A DNA stretch of 64,000 nucleotides from Waddliaceae bacterium (GTDB taxonomy: Bacteria; Chlamydiota; Chlamydiia; Chlamydiales; SLFE01), in the NCBI GenBank assembly GCA_963771045.1, contig CAVYRW010000004.1, positions 160,001-224,000 of the forward strand, given 5' to 3'. Under the pieces are notes generated by a model, which searched no databases, had not been told where the DNA came from, and saw nothing but the letters and a program-made list of their open reading frames with translations. Both the position numbers and the translations under genes were made by a program. Every line of letters begins with the position of its first letter. Positions within the stretch are counted from its first letter, which is position 1. Positions 37,461 to 47,610 of the stretch are shown here, in pieces.

Positions 37461-39611
37461 ATGAACAAAATATACAGCTTTCTCTTTATAGCCCTGCCTT
37501 TACTGTTTTTAACGTCTGTCAGCGCAGAAGAAACGAGCCGGCCGGTCAGAGCAGAGATTTACGTCGAGGAGACCTCTGTCCAGCCGGGCCGCCCCTTCTG
37601 GGTAGCCGTCAGACTGGATATGGAGCAGGGATGGCACGCCTACTGGAAGAATCCGGGTTCTGCCGGTTTTGCTTCTTCCGTTGAATGGCAGCTTCCAGAC
37701 GGATTTCAAGCCGAAGGCAGCCGATGGCCCACTCCTGAAAGATTAGAGCAGGGGGAGGGCGTTATCTACGGGTATCACGAAGTTCTTACCCTACTGACAA
37801 AAGTGACTCCTCCGGAAACTCTAAAAACAGGCGAAGAATTTGAAATTAACGCTGACCTCGTATGGCTGGTCTGTTCCGATTCGACCTGCCTGCCCGGAAA
37901 GCACTCTTTAAAACTCACACTTAAAACCTCTGCCGAGACACCAAAAATCAATTCCACTGCCGTTTCCATTTTTACCCATGCCCGAGAAAGGCTTCCCACT
38001 CAAAATCATCAAGTGATAGCCAGAGAAAAAGATCGGGCAATTGAACTAGAGCTTACAGATCACAGCCGCACTTTCGAGCACGCCTACTTTTATCCCGAAA
38101 TCGACGGCGCTATTCAAGACACTCAAAAACTTGCTGTCAACTCGTTCACTTCCCGGCATGTGTTTCAATTGCCGGTTCATGAAGACGCAGAGTCGCCGGC
38201 CTCCCGCGTAAAAGGGCTTCTTGTATTGAAAGACGCCTCGGGAAAGGAAGTGGATGTGATCGAAGTTGCCGCTCCTGTTTCGAAGGTGGGCGAAGAAGTG
38301 GCTATGGCCGATCCCGTTTCTGCCGCTAGCGTCCCTTTGCAGTTTGAAGGAGGGTTTTTGTGGGCCCTTGTTCTGGCGTTTGCCGGAGGCATGATTTTGA
38401 ATTTAATGCCATGCGTTCTGCCGGTGATATCGCTTAAAATTTTCAGCTTTGTGAAAATGGCCGGTGAAAATCGCTGGAAAATCGTTCAGCACGGGCTGTT
38501 GTTCACTCTGGGCGTTTTGGTTTCATTCTGGACTTTGGCCGGCATACTCATTTCCCTGCAGGCCTATGGACAGATGGTGGGATGGGGCTTTCAATTGCAG
38601 GAGCCTATCTTTGTTGCGCTGCTCGCCGCGCTGCTCTTTGTCTTCGGCCTGAGTTTATTCGGTATGTTTGAAGTGGGCACGATGTTTAGTTCCTGGGCAG
38701 GGCAAAAAGAAAGCGATGCCAAGCAAAAGAGCGGCGGCGCAGCAGCTGCCTTTTTGAGTGGAGTTTTGGCGACTGCTGTCGCAACGCCTTGTACGGGTCC
38801 GTTTTTGGGTTCCGCCCTCGGTTTTGCCATGACGCTTTCCGCTCCACTTTCTTTGATGATTTTTACGGCGATTGCTTTGGGTATGTCGTTTCCCTATCTT
38901 CTGATCTCCGCCTATCCGCCGCTGATTAAGTTTTTGCCGAAGCCTGGAAACTGGATGGTGACATTTAAAGAGTTTTTGGGATTTTGCATGATCGCAACAA
39001 CGCTTTGGCTGGTGTGGGTATTTGGCGCTCAAACAAGTTATGATGCCCTTTTCACCCTTCTGACCGGCTTTTTGATTCTGGCTGTCGCTTGCTGGATCTA
39101 TGGTAGATGGGGCGCTCCTTCTCGTAAAAAGTTTGTGCGAATCGGAGCCTTAGCATTTGCTTTTATGATCGGGGCGTTTGGTTTTTACGAAGTGATCCAT
39201 TCTTCTTTTGAGGTATCTCATTCCGAGGAGCTGGTAGCCATGGCAGGCCCTGCTCCTAAAGAACACAACATACGGAATTGGGAGCCTTTTTCGAAAGAAA
39301 GGCTCGAAGAACTGAGAAAGCAGGGGACGCCCGTTTTTATCGACTATACTGCCAAGTGGTGTTTGATTTGCCAGACAAATCATAAAGTTCTTGAGAATCG
39401 CGAGGTTTCTGAAAAAATGGCCCGGCTCGGCGTGGTTAAAATGCTTGCCGACTGGACAAAAAAGAATCCCGAAATTTCCCGGGAATTACAGACATACGGA
39501 AGAAACGGCGTGCCGCTTTACGTTCTGTATGGAAAAGACGGGAAGTCAGTTATTCTGCCTCAGGTCTTGACACCGGACACCGTTGTTCATTATCTTGATC
39601 AGATAAAGTAA
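37461..39611 (+). CDS. dsbD: protein-disulfide reductase DsbD family
   Basis: WHAYWKNPG, LNLMPCVLPV, ATPCTGP, thioredoxin WCLIC. Confidence 0.9.
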   Translation: MNKIYSFLFIALPLLFLTSVSAEETSRPVRAEIYVEETSVQPGRPFWVAVRLDMEQGWHAYWKNPGSAGFASSVEWQLPDGFQAEGSRWPTPERLEQGEGVIYGYHEVLTLLTKVTPPETLKTGEEFEINADLVWLVCSDSTCLPGKHSLKLTLKTSAETPKINSTAVSIFTHARERLPTQNHQVIAREKDRAIELELTDHSRTFEHAYFYPEIDGAIQDTQKLAVNSFTSRHVFQLPVHEDAESPASRVKGLLVLKDASGKEVDVIEVAAPVSKVGEEVAMADPVSAASVPLQFEGGFLWALVLAFAGGMILNLMPCVLPVISLKIFSFVKMAGENRWKIVQHGLLFTLGVLVSFWTLAGILISLQAYGQMVGWGFQLQEPIFVALLAALLFVFGLSLFGMFEVGTMFSSWAGQKESDAKQKSGGAAAAFLSGVLATAVATPCTGPFLGSALGFAMTLSAPLSLMIFTAIALGMSFPYLLISAYPPLIKFLPKPGNWMVTFKEFLGFCMIATTLWLVWVFGAQTSYDALFTLLTGFLILAVACWIYGRWGAPSRKKFVRIGALAFAFMIGAFGFYEVIHSSFEVSHSEELVAMAGPAPKEHNIRNWEPFSKERLEELRKQGTPVFIDYTAKWCLICQTNHKVLENREVSEKMARLGVVKMLADWTKKNPEISRELQTYGRNGVPLYVLYGKDGKSVILPQVLTPDTVVHYLDQIK

Positions 39612-40387
39612 TGGGTATTGTTGATTCACACGCACATCTGACCTCGGACGAGGTTTTTCAGGATATCGAAAATGTCCTGGAAAGGGCCAGCAGTGCCGGC
39701 ATCCAAAAAATCATCAACATCTGCACGGATGACAAGACTCTTGAAAGAGGCCTTGCACTTCGCAAGAAATTTCCCTGGGTTTATAACACCGCCTCTACGA
39801 CTCCGCATGATGTCTTGGCCGATGGTGATCGTCTTTTTCCTCTGATGGAAAAAGCCGCGATGGAAGGGAATTTAGTCGCCGTTGGCGAAACTGGTCTTGA
39901 TTACTATTATCACGAAGAAACAAAAGAGCTGCAGCAGCATTTTCTGCAAAAATATTTGAAGCTTGCCCTTGAGACGAACCTCCCTGTCGTGATTCATTGC
40001 CGTGACGCGTTTGAGGACTTTTTCAACATTCTCGACGAACACTACGTTGTCGATAACAAACATGCTCCGGGCGTTCTTCATTGTTTTACCGGAAGCGTTG
40101 TCGATGCCCGCGATGTGGTAGAGCGGGGCTGGTACCTCTCGCTAAGCGGAATTGTGACCTTCAAAAAAAGCCAGGTACTCAGAGAGGCGGCTAGAGCAAC
40201 TCCGCTGAATCAGCTGCTCATAGAAACCGACGCGCCCTACCTCGCGCCTCAATCGCGCCGCGGCAGACAAAATGAGCCCGCCTATATCACCGAAACTGCC
40301 GAGCTTCTTGCTGAGCTCAAACAAATCTCTGTTGAAGAGTTGATCGAAGCCACAGCCTATAATGCTAAAAATTTATTTAGGATTTAA
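39611..40387 (+). CDS. tatD: TatD-family hydrolase
   Basis: DSHAH, GETGLDY, IHCRDA, LHCFTG, IETDAPYLAP, NEP. Confidence 0.93.
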   Translation: MGIVDSHAHLTSDEVFQDIENVLERASSAGIQKIINICTDDKTLERGLALRKKFPWVYNTASTTPHDVLADGDRLFPLMEKAAMEGNLVAVGETGLDYYYHEETKELQQHFLQKYLKLALETNLPVVIHCRDAFEDFFNILDEHYVVDNKHAPGVLHCFTGSVVDARDVVERGWYLSLSGIVTFKKSQVLREAARATPLNQLLIETDAPYLAPQSRRGRQNEPAYITETAELLAELKQISVEELIEATAYNAKNLFRI

Positions 40388-40388
40388 G

Positions 40389-40799
40389 ATGAATCTAAAT
40401 CAAGTGGAATTAGATGTTGCGCTCAGCTACCCAAATAAGAAAGTCATCAAAGCGTTGATCAGCCACGGCGCTACCTTTGATAGAATTGACCATGTAAAAG
40501 GGAAGTCAGTAGATGCACTAGTAGAGAAAGATATGGCGACTGCCATTGAGGCTTTAGTTGAATCATTAAAGAAAAGAGAGGGTTCCCTAACTGTTGAATG
40601 GGAAGTTAGTGGAGAAGACAATGGGATATATGGAAGCCGCAATGTGCTGCATACGGCCCTTCGATATAGACGTAATGAAATTGAAAAAGTTTTTCGCGAC
40701 AAACTTCCATTACTTCTCTATTTTAAACTCAATACACAAACCGATATGTATGGAAAAACTCCATGGCAAGTTGAGCAAATTTCAAAAAAGAACACATAA
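40389..40799 (+). CDS. hypothetical protein, degenerate ankyrin-like
   Basis: IKALISHGA, NVLHTALRY, DMYGKTP; AT-rich; next to tRNA-Ala. Confidence 0.55.
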   Translation: MNLNQVELDVALSYPNKKVIKALISHGATFDRIDHVKGKSVDALVEKDMATAIEALVESLKKREGSLTVEWEVSGEDNGIYGSRNVLHTALRYRRNEIEKVFRDKLPLLLYFKLNTQTDMYGKTPWQVEQISKKNT

Positions 40800-40818
40800 T
40801 CTCATTTAGGAAGGAAAT

Positions 40819-40891
40819 TGGAGCGTAACGGAGTCGAACCGTTGACCTCAACAATGCCATTGTTGCGCTCTACCAACTGAGCTAACGCCCC
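40819..40891 (-). tRNA. tRNA-Ala(GGC)
   Basis: GGGGCGTTAGCTCAGTTGGTAGAGCG-CAACA-ATGGCAT-TGTTG...GGTTCGACTCC...CTCCA. Confidence 0.96.
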
Positions 40892-40948
40892 ATTTGAACA
40901 TCAAAGTGTATACGTTTTCAATTTTTTTTGTGAAGAAAAATAATCGTG

Positions 40949-40978
40949 TTGCATAAAAAGACCTGCGAGGGATATAGT
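40949..40978 (+). promoter_or_regulatory. promoter for tRNA-Gly
   Basis: TTGCAT-N18-TATAGT. Confidence 0.5.
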
Positions 40979-41001
40979 TGGTTTTCAAAATGCTATTTTA
41001 A

Positions 41002-41072
41002 GCGCCTGTAGTTCAATGGTAGAACCGTAGCCTTCCAAGCTACTAGTGTCAGTTCGATTCTGATCAGGCGCT
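41002..41072 (+). tRNA. tRNA-Gly(TCC)
   Basis: GCGCCTG acceptor/CAGGCGC, GTAGC-CTTCCAA-GCTAC anticodon arm, GTTCGATT. Confidence 0.95.
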
Positions 41073-41210
41073 TTTTTCTCTTTAAAATCAATTCCGACTC
41101 ATGTAATATTTTCACATAAGACCCTGTAAATCGGGTTTAAAAATAAGATTAACCAAAGCCCAATCTTGCTAATTTGCAAGATGCCGGCGTCAAACAAGAG
41201 GTGACAAGGC

Positions 41211-42013
41211 TTGGCAGCTAAACAAGAACTTACAATTAAAGAATTATTAGAAGCAGGCGCACACTGGGGACACCAGAACGTCTCGCTGGAATCCGAAAAT
41301 GAAGCGCTTCATTTACGAATCGCGCAACGGTATAAACATCATTGACCTTGCCAAAACATTGCAGCAGATTCGCAATGCCGTCGAGGTAGTCAAAGATACC
41401 GTATCTCAAAGAAAATCGGTTTTGTTTGTCGGAACCAAGAAGCAGGCAAAGCAAGTCATTCGCGAATATGCCGAAATTTGCGGCGAGTTTTATGTGTGCG
41501 AAAGATGGCTTGGAGGAATGCTGACGAACCTTTCGACAATCCGTCAGTCGATAAAAAAGCTCGAGCGCTTTGAAAAAAGAATCGCCATCGGTGGAGAAGG
41601 GTTGACGAAGAAAGAAATCACTCTTATGACAAAGCAGCTGGAAAAGCTTGGAAAAGAACCTCTCCGGCGTCCGCGCTATGCGGAAGCTGCCCGGACTGGT
41701 TATTGTCGTCGATCCCAACAAGGAACACATTGCCGTTGCCGAAGCTAAAAAACTGGGCATTCCTGTTATGGCTCTTGTCGATACCAACTGCGATCCGGAT
41801 CCGATCGACTATATTATTGCCTGCAATGACGATGCGCTTAAGAGCGTCAAATTGATCATTCAAACGCTGGCCAATGCCGTGGTCGAGAAAAAGAACGAAC
41901 TTCGCGTTGCCTCCGGTAAAAAAGAGGAGTCTGAGGAGAAGCGGAAGACGGGTTGCAGGCGAAAAAGACGAATAGCTACGAAGGCTTGGAAGTCGAAGAA
42001 AAAGTGTCAATAA
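41211..42013 (+). CDS. rpsB: 30S ribosomal protein S2, about 3 frameshifts
   Basis: TTG start, [11 protein letters not shown] / [10 protein letters not shown]…RWLGGMLTN / VDTNCDPD...NDDA across frames. Confidence 0.93.
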
Positions 42014-42026
42014 TCAAGGAGGCAGA

Positions 42027-42863
42027 ATGATGAGCGTTGAGATTACACCGGAAATGATCAAAGAGCTTCGAGGTCGTACCGGTGTTGGCGTTGCGAAATG
42101 CAAGGAAGCGCTTTCTGAAGCCTCCGGAGATATTGAAGAGGCGATCAGCTACCTGAGGAAAACCGGATTGGCCTCGGCAGTTAAAAAGGCCGGCCGGGAA
42201 GCCAAGGAAGGAAAGATCATGACTGCCGAGGCAAATGATTGCATCGCCCTGGTCGAGGTTTGCGCCGAAACTGATTTCGTCGCCAATAATGATCAGTTTA
42301 TCAAATTTGCTCAAAACATTACCGAGGAAGCGGCGAAGACCAAGCCTTCTTCCGTTCAGGATTTTTCGTCTCAAAAATACTCGAAAGACCCTTCGATTAC
42401 AATCGACGAATATCGAGGGACTCTTGTTCAGGCAATCGGTGAGAATATTCAAATAAAACGATTTCTGATATTTGATAAAGCTTCCGAAAAATCGATTGGC
42501 GTTTACTCGCATATGGGCGGCAAGATCGTGACGGTGGTTGAAATGGCAGGCGGATCGGAAGAGCTGGCCAGGGAAGTGGCTATGCATGCCGCTGCCGCCG
42601 CTCCCGACTATTTGTCTCCGGAAACCGTTCCGGAAGTTGTCAAAGAGCAGGAAAAAGAGATTGCTCGCGGACAGCTAGCCGGCAAACCCGAGCACATTAT
42701 GGATAAAATCCTCGATGGAAAAATCAATGCGTTTTATGATGATGTTTGCCTTTTGAGGCAAAAATACATTAGAGATGACAGCATGAGTGTTGCGAACTAT
42801 GTGAAATCAAAAAGTTCAGACGCGGTTGTCACGAATTTCATTCGCTGGTCTGTCGGCGAGTAA
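42027..42863 (+). CDS. tsf: elongation factor Ts
   Basis: IKELRGRTG, CKEAL, ETDFVA, GENI. Confidence 0.96.
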   Translation: MMSVEITPEMIKELRGRTGVGVAKCKEALSEASGDIEEAISYLRKTGLASAVKKAGREAKEGKIMTAEANDCIALVEVCAETDFVANNDQFIKFAQNITEEAAKTKPSSVQDFSSQKYSKDPSITIDEYRGTLVQAIGENIQIKRFLIFDKASEKSIGVYSHMGGKIVTVVEMAGGSEELAREVAMHAAAAAPDYLSPETVPEVVKEQEKEIARGQLAGKPEHIMDKILDGKINAFYDDVCLLRQKYIRDDSMSVANYVKSKSSDAVVTNFIRWSVGE

Positions 42864-42891
42864 AAACGCAAGGTTCGGGGCTTGAAAGCTA

Positions 42892-43608
42892 ATGAATGAG
42901 ATGCCAAAACGTATACTGTTAAAATTATCAGGTGAAGTTTTAAAAGGTTCTCAGCAAATGGGAATATGCCCCCGAACCTGTCAAAAGCTGGCCGCTGCCG
43001 TAAAATCCCTTGCCGACAACAAGATACAGTTGGGAATTGTTATCGGTGGAGGGAATTTTTTTCGCGGTTCTAAAGAAGCGGCTGCAGGTTTGCCCCGCAC
43101 CCCCGCCGATCACATCGGAATGATCGCTACTTTGATGAACGGCATTGTTCTCAAGCACGCTTTTGAAGAAACAGGCTGCAAATCCCGGGTGCTCAGCGGC
43201 CTTGAATGCCCTAGAGCAGTTGAGACGTACAACTGGCAAAATGCTATGGAATATCTTACGGCCGGGGAGGTTTTAATTTTTGTGGGCGGCACCGGCAGTC
43301 CTTATTTTACAACCGATACCGCCGCTGCTCTAAGAGCCAGCGAAATTCAAGCTGATTTACTGTTAAAAGCGACAAAAGTTGATGGTGTTTATTCCAAAGA
43401 TCCTATGAAGTATTCGAATGCAAAAAGATACGATCGGATTTCCTATGGCCGGGTTTTGGAAGAAAATCTCAAAGTTATGGACGCATCGGCCTTTGCCCTT
43501 TGTCAAAGCAGTCAAATTCCTATTTTAGTGTTCAACATGGACCTTCTGATGACGGGAAAACCTGTTGATCTTTGCGAGATTCAAAACTCTGGAAGTATGG
43601 TTTATTGA
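42892..43608 (+). CDS. pyrH: UMP kinase
   Basis: RILLKLSGE, GGGNFFRG, FTTDTAAALRA, KVDGVY. Confidence 0.96.
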   Translation: MNEMPKRILLKLSGEVLKGSQQMGICPRTCQKLAAAVKSLADNKIQLGIVIGGGNFFRGSKEAAAGLPRTPADHIGMIATLMNGIVLKHAFEETGCKSRVLSGLECPRAVETYNWQNAMEYLTAGEVLIFVGGTGSPYFTTDTAAALRASEIQADLLLKATKVDGVYSKDPMKYSNAKRYDRISYGRVLEENLKVMDASAFALCQSSQIPILVFNMDLLMTGKPVDLCEIQNSGSMVY

Positions 43609-43617
43609 GGAGAGAAT

Positions 43618-44160
43618 ATGCTGACAAAAGAAGAAACGGAAAAGCGGATGAAAACCGCTATAGATTACTTGGATAATGAACTGAAAAATATCCGCACCGG
43701 CAGGGCTAACCCTGCAATGGTAGAAAACGTTAAGGTAGACGTTTATGGAACTCAGATGCGCCTTATGGATATTGCGACCATCAGCTCCCCCGAATCCATG
43801 CAGATTCTCATCGCCCCGTTTGATGCTCAAAATACAGCGGCGATTGGCAAGGGGATCGAAAAGGCTAATATCGGGTTTAACCCCATAGTGGAAGGCAATG
43901 TCGTCCGCATCAATATCCCTCCCATGGACGGGCAGATGAGGGAGAAAATGAAAAAACTCGTCCACGAACTTTGCGAACAAGCGAAAATTAAGATACGCCA
44001 GTCACGCAAAGAGGCTAATGATGCCATAAAAGTAAACAAAGACTTCTCCGAAGATGAGAGCAAAAGTCAAGAAAAAGCGATACAGGAATTGACCGACAAA
44101 TACTGCAGTATAGCAGATAAGCACGCGGAAAAGAAGGAAGGCGAGATCTCCAACATCTAA
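43618..44160 (+). CDS. frr: ribosome recycling factor
   Basis: IRTGRANP, VDVYG, IRQSRKEAN. Confidence 0.95.
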   Translation: MLTKEETEKRMKTAIDYLDNELKNIRTGRANPAMVENVKVDVYGTQMRLMDIATISSPESMQILIAPFDAQNTAAIGKGIEKANIGFNPIVEGNVVRINIPPMDGQMREKMKKLVHELCEQAKIKIRQSRKEANDAIKVNKDFSEDESKSQEKAIQELTDKYCSIADKHAEKKEGEISNI

Positions 44161-44196
44161 AATCGTGCTAAAATGAGCATAAATTTAGGTAAGCTC

Positions 44197-44225
44197 TTGT
44201 GCAAAAAAAAACCACCGTGTATGAT
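44197..44225 (+). promoter_or_regulatory. promoter for tRNA-Glu/Lys
   Basis: TTGTGC-N17-TATGAT. Confidence 0.55.
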
Positions 44226-44243
44226 AAACATCTTTCGTTATGA

Positions 44244-44319
<76 letters not shown>

Positions 44320-44324
44320 TAATT

Positions 44325-44398
44325 GGGTCTTTAGCTCAGTTGGTTAGAGCACCTCACTTTTAATGAGGGGGTCGAAGGTTCGAGTCCTTCAAGACCCA
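44325..44398 (+). tRNA. tRNA-Lys(TTT)
   Basis: GGGTCTTTAGCTCAGTTGG..., CCTCA-CTTTTAA-TGAGG, GGTTCGAGTCC. Confidence 0.96.
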
Positions 44399-44594
44399 AT
44401 TCTTTTGACTTTAAAGTTATCCTTTTCCTATATTGTGGCTAAAGAGCCAAAAATCGATCAACCTTACGTTTAGCAAGTGGCTCTAAAGTAAGAAAAACTT
44501 GTGCAGCAGCAGTTTGCTTTGGCGCTTGCTTGTTTTTCCTCTTCCCTTATAAATTCTGCCTTCGGTGATGAAAAGGCCTTTGGAGACGGTGGTT

Positions 44595-45128
44595 ATGACG
44601 GAAAATTCAAGAAAATCCCGGTCGGAAGATCGACCGTTGGAATGTAGTGAATGTAAAAAACCGATTTCCGTCCGTTATACGGAAGTCGTTGGACACACGA
44701 TCGTTCATACTGTAATGTGTGCCGACTGTCCTCATTTGGAACATCGGCTTCATGGCATACCTGCTCATGAGAAATCCGAGAATCAGGCAGCTGCGGGACT
44801 CGCTTGCGGCAATTGCGGGACAACTCTTCAATCGGTAAAAATGGGAAGCTATCTCGGGTGTGCTGAATGTTATGAAGTTTTCGGGGATGTGCTTTTGGGA
44901 GAATTTGTTGCCATGAGTAAAATTCCCGCCCGTCTAGCCTCTGCAAAAAAAACAACCCCCATTCACATCGGCCGCGCCAGCGGAGAGGTTAAGGAAATGA
45001 CTCCTTCAGTTCGGTTGCTTGCGCTCAATGAGGCCCTTTCGGAAACCTTGCAGCGAGAAGATTATGAACAAGCAGCATGGCTTAGAGATCAGATAAATGA
45101 AATTACGGAGCCAAATAATGACAAGTGA
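44595..45128 (+). CDS. mcsA: McsA-like protein (CxxC motifs + UVR domain)
   Basis: CSEC, CADC, CGNC, GCAECY, EDYEQAAWLRDQI. Confidence 0.85.
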   Translation: MTENSRKSRSEDRPLECSECKKPISVRYTEVVGHTIVHTVMCADCPHLEHRLHGIPAHEKSENQAAAGLACGNCGTTLQSVKMGSYLGCAECYEVFGDVLLGEFVAMSKIPARLASAKKTTPIHIGRASGEVKEMTPSVRLLALNEALSETLQREDYEQAAWLRDQINEITEPNNDK

Positions 45129-46185
45129 TGAGCTGCAGGTGTTAAAAAACATCAGTCCCTGGGATCGCAATGAGAATCCCATCTGGCTGGCTTCGCAGCT
45201 GAAACTCCAGAGAAATATCGAAAAATTTAATTTTCCCCAAAAACTGACCACTCAAAAAGGAAGTCAGCTTGTCTCTCTTTTGACCAATGAACTTCTCTCG
45301 CTAAAGGATGTTGCAAGCCTCAATGTTCTAATGGCCGACAGCACCTCGCCGCTTGACAAAGAATATATTTACGAACATTTCCTGGCCAGCAACGGGTTTG
45401 TTCAGGCTCATACCGGAGAAGCTTTTGTCATTGATGAGTCGGGCTGTTTTTTTTCAACCATTAATCTAGGCGACCACATACATTTTTACTACATCGATAC
45501 CAAAGGGGATCTGGAAAACTCCTGCAACAAACTGGAAGAAATAGAAGTTAAACTTGGCAAGAGGCTTAAATACTGTTATTCCCACAGATTCGGTTTTCTG
45601 ACTGCCGATTCCGCCGACTGCGGAACAGCCTTTACGCTGTCGGTCTTTTTACAGCTTCCCGCTTTGATTCATACTCACGAATTGGATGAGTTTTTGCTTC
45701 AGCATCAAGATGACTCACTGATAACAACCGGACTGCAGGGAACTCTGGATGAAATCACCGGAGATCTGTTGGTGATCCGCAATAACTACACTCTAGGAGT
45801 CTCCGAGGAATCGATACTTTCATCGGTAAGAAGTTATGCGACAAAACTGATTGTTCATGAGCAGGGCAAAAGGAAGAAGTTTCAGGAAGAAGACTGTCCT
45901 GTGATGAAGGACAAAGTCAGCCGCGCATTCGGGGTTTTGGTTCATTCGTATCAGATAGAAGCAAAAGAAGCTTTAAATGCGATTAGTCTTTTAAAGCTTG
46001 GGGTTTCACTAGGCTGGATGACGGGGGTTTCAATAAAAGAACTTAACTCTCTCTTTTTTAGATGCCGCAGAGCGCACCTAATCATGGAGCACGGAGCTGA
46101 ACTCCCGCAGGAAGAGATTCCTCATAAGAGAGCCGAATACATCCATTCGATATTGAATAAAGCAAAGCTCCATATTGAAGAATAA
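45118..46185 (+). CDS. mcsB: McsB-like protein arginine kinase (ATP:guanido phosphotransferase fold)
   Basis: RNI..F.FP, FGFLT, LQLPAL, N.YTLGVSEE, DKVSRAFG, RAEYI; follows mcsA. Confidence 0.85.
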   Translation: MTSDELQVLKNISPWDRNENPIWLASQLKLQRNIEKFNFPQKLTTQKGSQLVSLLTNELLSLKDVASLNVLMADSTSPLDKEYIYEHFLASNGFVQAHTGEAFVIDESGCFFSTINLGDHIHFYYIDTKGDLENSCNKLEEIEVKLGKRLKYCYSHRFGFLTADSADCGTAFTLSVFLQLPALIHTHELDEFLLQHQDDSLITTGLQGTLDEITGDLLVIRNNYTLGVSEESILSSVRSYATKLIVHEQGKRKKFQEEDCPVMKDKVSRAFGVLVHSYQIEAKEALNAISLLKLGVSLGWMTGVSIKELNSLFFRCRRAHLIMEHGAELPQEEIPHKRAEYIHSILNKAKLHIEE

Positions 46186-46226
46186 AAATTGAAAAATACA
46201 CTTTAACCCGTGAATAACCTGCTGTA

Positions 46227-46676
46227 TTAACGCTTCCCAACATAAACTCCCAGCCAAATGAAGTAGATCATAATTCCGGTCATGACGCAGGCGTAAAAAA
46301 TGCTTTTAAAAGGAAAATTCCTTTCAAGCGCCGACCGATGCGGAGATTTAGGAGAATACCAAACGACCCATTTTCTCTCAGCTTGTATTTTAGGGAGATC
46401 CTCTTCTAGGAATTCTTTTCGGAAATAATCGATGGATCGAAGGTCTTCACGGCCTTGGTATTCGTTTCCGTTGACTACATAAGAGTATCGCACTTCAGGG
46501 TAATAAGAGCTTTTCGAATTCTTTTTTACAGACAAAGTGGTTGTATGAGGTTTTGTTTTTTCCGATAAGCTGTAAAAACTGGCTACTTCCCATGAAGCTT
46601 TGCCGGCAAACCAAACAGCGGCTAAGACGACAATTGCCAAGAGTCCCAGCCAAAGAGAGTTTTTATGCATGCTCAA
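46227..46676 (-). CDS. DUF3592-like membrane protein
   Basis: TM-soluble-TM layout with YYPEVRYSYVVNG and VWYSPKSP. Confidence 0.7.
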   Translation of the reverse strand: MSMHKNSLWLGLLAIVVLAAVWFAGKASWEVASFYSLSEKTKPHTTTLSVKKNSKSSYYPEVRYSYVVNGNEYQGREDLRSIDYFRKEFLEEDLPKIQAERKWVVWYSPKSPHRSALERNFPFKSIFYACVMTGIMIYFIWLGVYVGKR

Positions 46677-47490
46677 ACTCCTTTGGGGGCGGGGATGTGA
46701 AACTCATTGTTTTGTCGGAAATCGGATGGATGAATTCAAGATATTGAGCGTGAAGAAGGAGCCTTTTGGCGGGCGCATAAGAAGGCCCGTATTTTTTATC
46801 TCCGACAACCGGATGCCCGGAGTCATTGCAGTGCACCCGAATTTGATTCTTTTTCCCCGTTTCAAGATTTAGCTGTAAATAAGACATTTTGTGTGTTGCT
46901 TTGACGACGGAGTAGTGAGTGATGGCTAACTTCCCCTTCTTGGGATTTTTTGTGCTGTAAACTTTGTAATTTTTATCTTCGCAGAGGCGGCTTTTCCACG
47001 TTCCCTTCTTCTCTGTAAGATGGCCTTCTACAATTGCTAAATATTGCCTGACAATGGAATGCTTTTCAAATTGTTTTTTTAAGTGGTCCCTGGCTTCTTC
47101 TGTGAGAGCGAACACCATGGCCCCCGACGTTTCCCTGTCAAGCCGATGGACGGGAAAAACTTTTTGAGGACGATGTATCTCTTTAAGAAAGGCATGAGCG
47201 GTTTTCCCTTTTTCATAGTGCGTGGCCACGCTCAGAATTCCCGCCGGTTTATCGATAACGGCCAGGTGGGCGTCGCTATAGAGGATTTTGATGCCCTCTG
47301 ACCTGCTTTTTTCCTTCAGCGACACCACCTGCCCTTTATCGACCGATTCAGACCCGATCTTGCGTACTTTTCCATCGACTAGGACCCGCCGCTGCTTTAG
47401 CCAGGAGCGCAAAGACGATTTGGAGCTGTCTGGCGCCATTTTGCAAAGAGCGTCAATAAGGGGTTGTTTCTCTTCAGACGTGTATTTCAT
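46663..47490 (-). CDS. RluA-family pseudouridine synthase
   Basis: S4-like N-terminus, DKPAG, VHRLDRETSG, LETGKKNQIRVH, VGDKKY, LLHA. Confidence 0.93.
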   Translation of the reverse strand: MKYTSEEKQPLIDALCKMAPDSSKSSLRSWLKQRRVLVDGKVRKIGSESVDKGQVVSLKEKSRSEGIKILYSDAHLAVIDKPAGILSVATHYEKGKTAHAFLKEIHRPQKVFPVHRLDRETSGAMVFALTEEARDHLKKQFEKHSIVRQYLAIVEGHLTEKKGTWKSRLCEDKNYKVYSTKNPKKGKLAITHYSVVKATHKMSYLQLNLETGKKNQIRVHCNDSGHPVVGDKKYGPSYAPAKRLLLHAQYLEFIHPISDKTMSFTSPPPKEFEHA

Positions 47491-47541
47491 AGAAAAATTA
47501 TATCATATCCGAGAATAATAAAGGTAAAGAGGGGAAACATT

Positions 47542-47570
47542 TTGACGAATTTTGTCAAATTCATTATAAT
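47542..47570 (+). promoter_or_regulatory. promoter for rpsT
   Basis: TTGACG-N17-TATAAT; the -35 box lies within a TTTGAC-N7-GTCAAA palindrome. Confidence 0.7.
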
Positions 47571-47610
47571 TTAAATTCCATTAAAAAATGTAAAAAAATT
47601 ATGAGGAAAA

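Noticed and set aside
41211..42013. Programmed ribosomal frameshifting or pseudogenisation of rpsB
   Set aside because: Three shifts in an essential gene, plus many similar breaks across the window, point to sequencing indels.
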